A stretch of 64,000 bases of DNA from Podarcis filfolensis (Eukaryota). Below, piece after piece: positions 59,958 to 64,000 of this stretch (position 1 is its first letter; every line of letters starts with the position of its first letter). Where the stretch lies: NCBI GenBank assembly GCA_964270895.1, contig OZ185452.1; one strand, 5' to 3'. The translations under genes and the position numbers were made by a program. The notes beneath the pieces are model-generated. The model had not been told where the DNA came from, made no database searches, and worked only from the letters and a program-made list of their open reading frames with translations.

Positions 59958-60868
59958 ACACGATTCAGTAAAGGTGGAAGCCAAAACGGGGGCAATCCTG
60001 CGTGCATAAACAAGTTTAGAAAGAGACAGTTCCTCTGCAGGCCAGAAGGCCAATTGCCCCAGAGGCATGGCTGGGATTTGCATAAAAAAAGAAAAGAAAA
60101 ATGTGTCTCTTTCCCTTGCCAAGCAGCCGGCAGGATGAGGTCGGCGAGCAACGCCGAAAGGAGACTTCATAGGTACACCTTGCAAAGCACCAATCTAAAG
60201 GTTTTCCCAACTTCGGCAAAAGGAGGAGGAAAAGGAAACAGCGGAGCTGGCGGAGCAGACTCCCTCCCTCGACCCGAGCCAACTTCATTTGCAAGAAAAT
60301 AGGAATCTGCCTTCTACAACTAAGTCAGCCCATTGGTACTGTATTGTCAAAAAGCCCTGGCAGATATCGCTCTCCGGGTTTTCAGGCAGGGAGTCTCTAT
60401 AAAATACACAGTTAAATAATTAACTATCCTTTAGCCGGTTTGCTTTGCTTATGTCCTGGTTCTGATTCCTGCCTTTAAACCCGGATTGCTGAGTCTGGTT
60501 CCTGCCTTTAAAACAGGACCGCCTTGTTTTCTTTTTCATTCCTTTGGGTTTGATTAAAATTTAAATTAATACTGTGATCGTTTTACAGGTAATTACCCTT
60601 ACGCTAAGTGCATTCCTTTAAATACATTGCATTGAGGTGTGGGCTGGTATCTTGGGGCTGGTATCCAGTGCAGACAATACTGAACTACAGTGATATTGCT
60701 TGCAGCTAATTACAATTGGTTGAAGATTGTGTAGGCATTTTGGTTTTCCTTTGAACTTACCAGTGCAGACAATACTGAACTGCTGTAACATTGCTTGTAG
60801 CTTGCGCATAAAATCTGAGCTAGTTGGTGTTGATTTTACTGAACCAGGTTAATTAAGGGTATCAAACT

Positions 60869-62989
60869 ATGTCTGCTCAAGAGAACCAGCAAAATTCCGC
60901 TGTACCTGGGGTGGCACAAGGGAACCGGGGGGGGGGGTCCCAGGCCTTTGTAATGCCTACCGTATCTGGGAGCGCACAAGGGAACCAAGAGGGGCCTCAG
61001 GCCTTTGTAGTGCCTAGTAACCCTCAGGCTTTTGTAGTGCCTAGTAACCCACAGGCTTTGGCGCAGTTTTTCATGGCTTTTCAGACATTTTATAGCCAAT
61101 ACAGGCCCGCAGACCAGGTGGCAGTGGCACCTCCGGTGCTCACCCAAGATTGCATCCCGGATACGCCACTTAACAATGTGGAACGCCCCGGCACCTCCGC
61201 AACCACCGCGGCAGTGCTGAAAGCAGCCAATGATTCAACAGCCCAGCCCAAAAAGAATACGCGAACTCAGTCTGTCACCTCAGGCAAGGCAAAAGAGGGC
61301 CAGAGGGGTGGCAGGAAGGGCAAGGCTAGTACTCAAAGTTCTAGGGCTACTAACCCACAAAAGGACCCAGGTGTCCCTAGTCTTTTTCAGAACCCACCAC
61401 CGCAAGCGGCACCTGCCGAGGGCGCCTCAGGCTCCTCTTCAGATGAGGAAGCGCAAGGACTGCAAGTCGCACAGGTGCTCAGCGTGCCGGCACAAGCCAC
61501 ACCGGATGGCCATTCAGGGAAGAGAAAAGAAAAGAAAAGAGGAAGCACACATCGAAGAAGAGCAAGAGTAGGTGGTCTGAATCAGAGGATGAATCAGGTA
61601 CCTCTTCTTCATCCGACTCAGATAGCGATGCTCCTATGGAGGAGTACAGGGGCCACGGGGAGGACTGTGTGGGTCTTCCTTTATGGGTGCATGAAAGGAG
61701 GGCCAATTCCTACCGCAAGTCCTTTAACGGTTCCCTTGAATGGAAGGACGGCGCACTAGTTCCGGATGTTAAAACTTCCACTAGCCTGTCTACTGATTTC
61801 ATCCTAGGGAATAATTTATCTCAAAGAAAGAGAAATAAGATCCTTAATGGTGACTTTATAGATATATTCAGATTGTTACCACCAGCTAAGTTGACAGGTA
61901 AAGGGGAAAAGCTGCGCAGCTATGGGAAACGCAGGTACAGAACACCCAGAGCCGAACGTACTTTTGAAAATTGGCTGGATGGGTTCCAGGTGTTCATGGG
62001 TGTGGTCAGTGCGGCTTATCCAAAACGTGTGATGCATTTAATTGCTTACCTGGCCCATGTTAGGAGGGCACGAGAATTAGAGGGGGATACTGCTGCTCTA
62101 AATTATGATGAAGATTTTCGCAGAAATGCTTCGCTGTTATCTTCCATGCGCTGGGATCTGAGGGACCTGAACTATTGGTCAGAGCATGTGGGTCCCTATA
62201 TAGACAAGAAGCCCCAGGAGTCGTCAAAATCCTGGAAGACCAGTGTGAAACAGAGGCGCCTGTGCTGGGAATTCAACAAAGGGGTTTGTGTGCGGCCTAT
62301 CTGTAAGTATAGCCACAAGTGCGAGAAATGCCTCCGTAACCACCCAGCCACCGCCTGCATTAAAGGGAGGCAGCCCTTTTGGGGCGGGAGAGGCTCCTAC
62401 AACCAGGGAACCAGAGGTGGCCATGGAGGTCCATTTGGACCTCAGGGAAAGCGACAGTAATTTCAATCTAGGCCTGGCCTTTTCCCCTATCAAGTTGACC
62501 CCGTTAAAAACCCCTTTAGAGCTTTATCCCAACAGAACAGCTGCATTGTATTTATGGGAAGGTTTTAGTACCGGTTTTAGGATCCTAGTAGCTTTCCCCC
62601 CCAATTCAGGTGACCCACCAAACCAAAAATCAGTGAGGGAGATGCCTGAGGTTGCCCGAAAGAAAATTAGTAAGGAAATTAAATCAGGAAGGGTAGCTGG
62701 CCCCTTTTTAGTTCCTCCAATAGAAGGGCTTCACATATCCCCTTTAGGCATTGTCCCCCAGAAAGCGCCTGGTGAGTTTCGCATGATTCACAACCTTTCT
62801 TACCCAAAAGAAGGGTCCGTCAATGATGCGATACCGCAGGAACTTTGCTCTGTGAGAGATGCCACTTTTGACCAGGCAGTCAAACTGATTCGCAAATTTG
62901 GAAAGGGTGCGCTGCTGGCAAAATGTGACATTGAGTCTGCCTTTAGACTCCTGCCAGTACATCCGGAAGATTTCCGGTGGCTTGGTTTC
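60869..62989 (+). mobile_element. DIRS-order (Ngaro-like) tyrosine-recombinase retrotransposon, 3'-truncated: gag-like ORF1 (frameshift near 61520-61545) and overlapping RT
   Basis: ORF1 with TFENW..F, YDEDFR and a Cys/His finger (CWEFNKGVC..PICKYSHKCEKC...HPATAC); RT with ISPLGIVP-K-PGEFRMIHNLSYP..SVND and LAKCDIESAFRLLPVHP. 5' non-coding part probably from about 60420. Confidence 0.88.
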
Positions 62990-64000
62990 CACTGCTGAAT
63001 GATAATGTTGCTTTTTCTTCAGCTTGAAGCCAGTGCTGGTTATTTGTGAAGATCAGCAGCAGCTAAGACTGGGTGTTCTTTTCTTGCAGCTAGTGGCACA
63101 GAGACAGTAGCCCAGGAACTCCCTGATGGCAGCTACAGTCTCCATGGCTTGAAATGGTTTACTTCGGCCACCGATTCAGATATAATTTTGACACTGGCAA
63201 GGAGCATGACTGCTGATGGACAAATACAGCAGGTCAGATTCCTTACTGGGGAAACTGAAGGACCAGCTCACAAGCAGTAATCAGTAATGTGGAAGTGGGG
63301 TGAGAAACAGGGTCCTTCACTGGCCATTTTGACAGGCGTTGGGACCACTTACCTGCTACTCACCTGCCATCACATGATCCATTGGGCCTTGCTGTGTTAA
63401 TCAGTTGATCAGCGCTTATAGCAGGACACACTTTGGGCAGGAATCAGCTGCACTAAGAAGCTCTGAGAACTCTGTAGCACAGCCAATCCCTTACACGGAT
63501 CATCACCAAACAGCTGATCAGCACTGACAGCAAACCTTGTTTGCCAAGAAACTATCCAGCATAGTACACTTTAAGGATCCTGATTGTTCCCTTACAGCCA
63601 TGTCTTTACCTGCCACATCCTCATTTCACATACAATGTCAGGTGAGGATCAGGTGGGCTTGGTTTGCAGAAAACAGCTTCACAGGCCAAAGAGAACCCTT
63701 GCCTGGCCTAATTTGGTTCACAGACTGGAGGTTTCCCATTGCTGCACTAATGTATTGCACAATGTATTCATTCTAGCTCCATTCTCCTTGTTACCAATCA
63801 GTGTTTCTCACCTTTGCATTCTCGGCCGCAGGGCTCCCAAGGTCTGTCTCTGTTCTACCTGAAGATGCGCGATGAGGAAGGGAAGCTGAATGGGATTGAG
63901 ATACAACGGCTGAAAGACAAGCTGGGCACAAGGCAACTGCCGACCGCAGAGCTCCTCCTAAATGGAGCCAAGTCACTCAAGGTGAGCAAAAAGAAAAAGG
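62990..64000 (+). pseudogene. Direct partial copy of AidB-like ACAD: exon 5 (63090-63232) and exon 6 (63832-63981), running off the window
   Basis: Matches 41551-42570 with few differences; no exons 1-4 upstream, fused instead to a retroelement RT. Confidence 0.85.

Noticed and set aside
59958-60400. Idea that the ACAD promoter derives from a Ngaro terminal repeat
   Set aside because: The shared block includes a recognisable Squam3-SINE remnant plus its host flank, so it is better explained as a diverged paralogous promoter. The Ngaro 5' boundary remains undefined (60400-60868).

Overview
Vertebrate genomic DNA from a squamate, probably a lacertid lizard (Sauria SINEs, BovB/RTE, CR1, Tigger-like and hAT MITEs). 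Two spliced genes lie head-to-head. (1) HORMAD2 on the minus strand: 9 coding exons reconstructed by hand from 29707 down to the stop at 4666; all are GT-AG and in phase, total 882 nt, and include 21-nt and 27-nt micro-exons. The first coding exon is unresolved. (2) An AidB/ACDH-11-type acyl-CoA dehydrogenase on the plus strand: 14 exons, 37620-53707, 601 aa, not the APH-domain ACAD11. The right half is a cluster of rearrangements of this second gene. A ~4 kb tandem duplication copies the shared CpG-rich promoter plus exon 1 (29890-33891 vs 33902-38335). An inverted pseudogene fragment (57707-59957) carries exon 1 and exon 3 with exon 2 deleted. A 3'-truncated DIRS/Ngaro retrotransposon (60869-62989) is fused directly to a further direct copy of exons 5-6 (62990-64000). 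Other notable items are an 11 x 99-bp double-hairpin minisatellite inside a MITE, a 41-bp inverted repeat carrying E2F/MYB-type motifs in the promoter, an in-frame ATG-TGA start-stop upstream of the dehydrogenase, TE insertions touching splice sites, and an orphan minus-strand 3'UTR-like tract. No CRISPR arrays, rRNA or true tRNA genes were seen. All coordinates and alignments were done by eye, family names come from recall rather than searches, and false duplication during assembly cannot be excluded from sequence alone.
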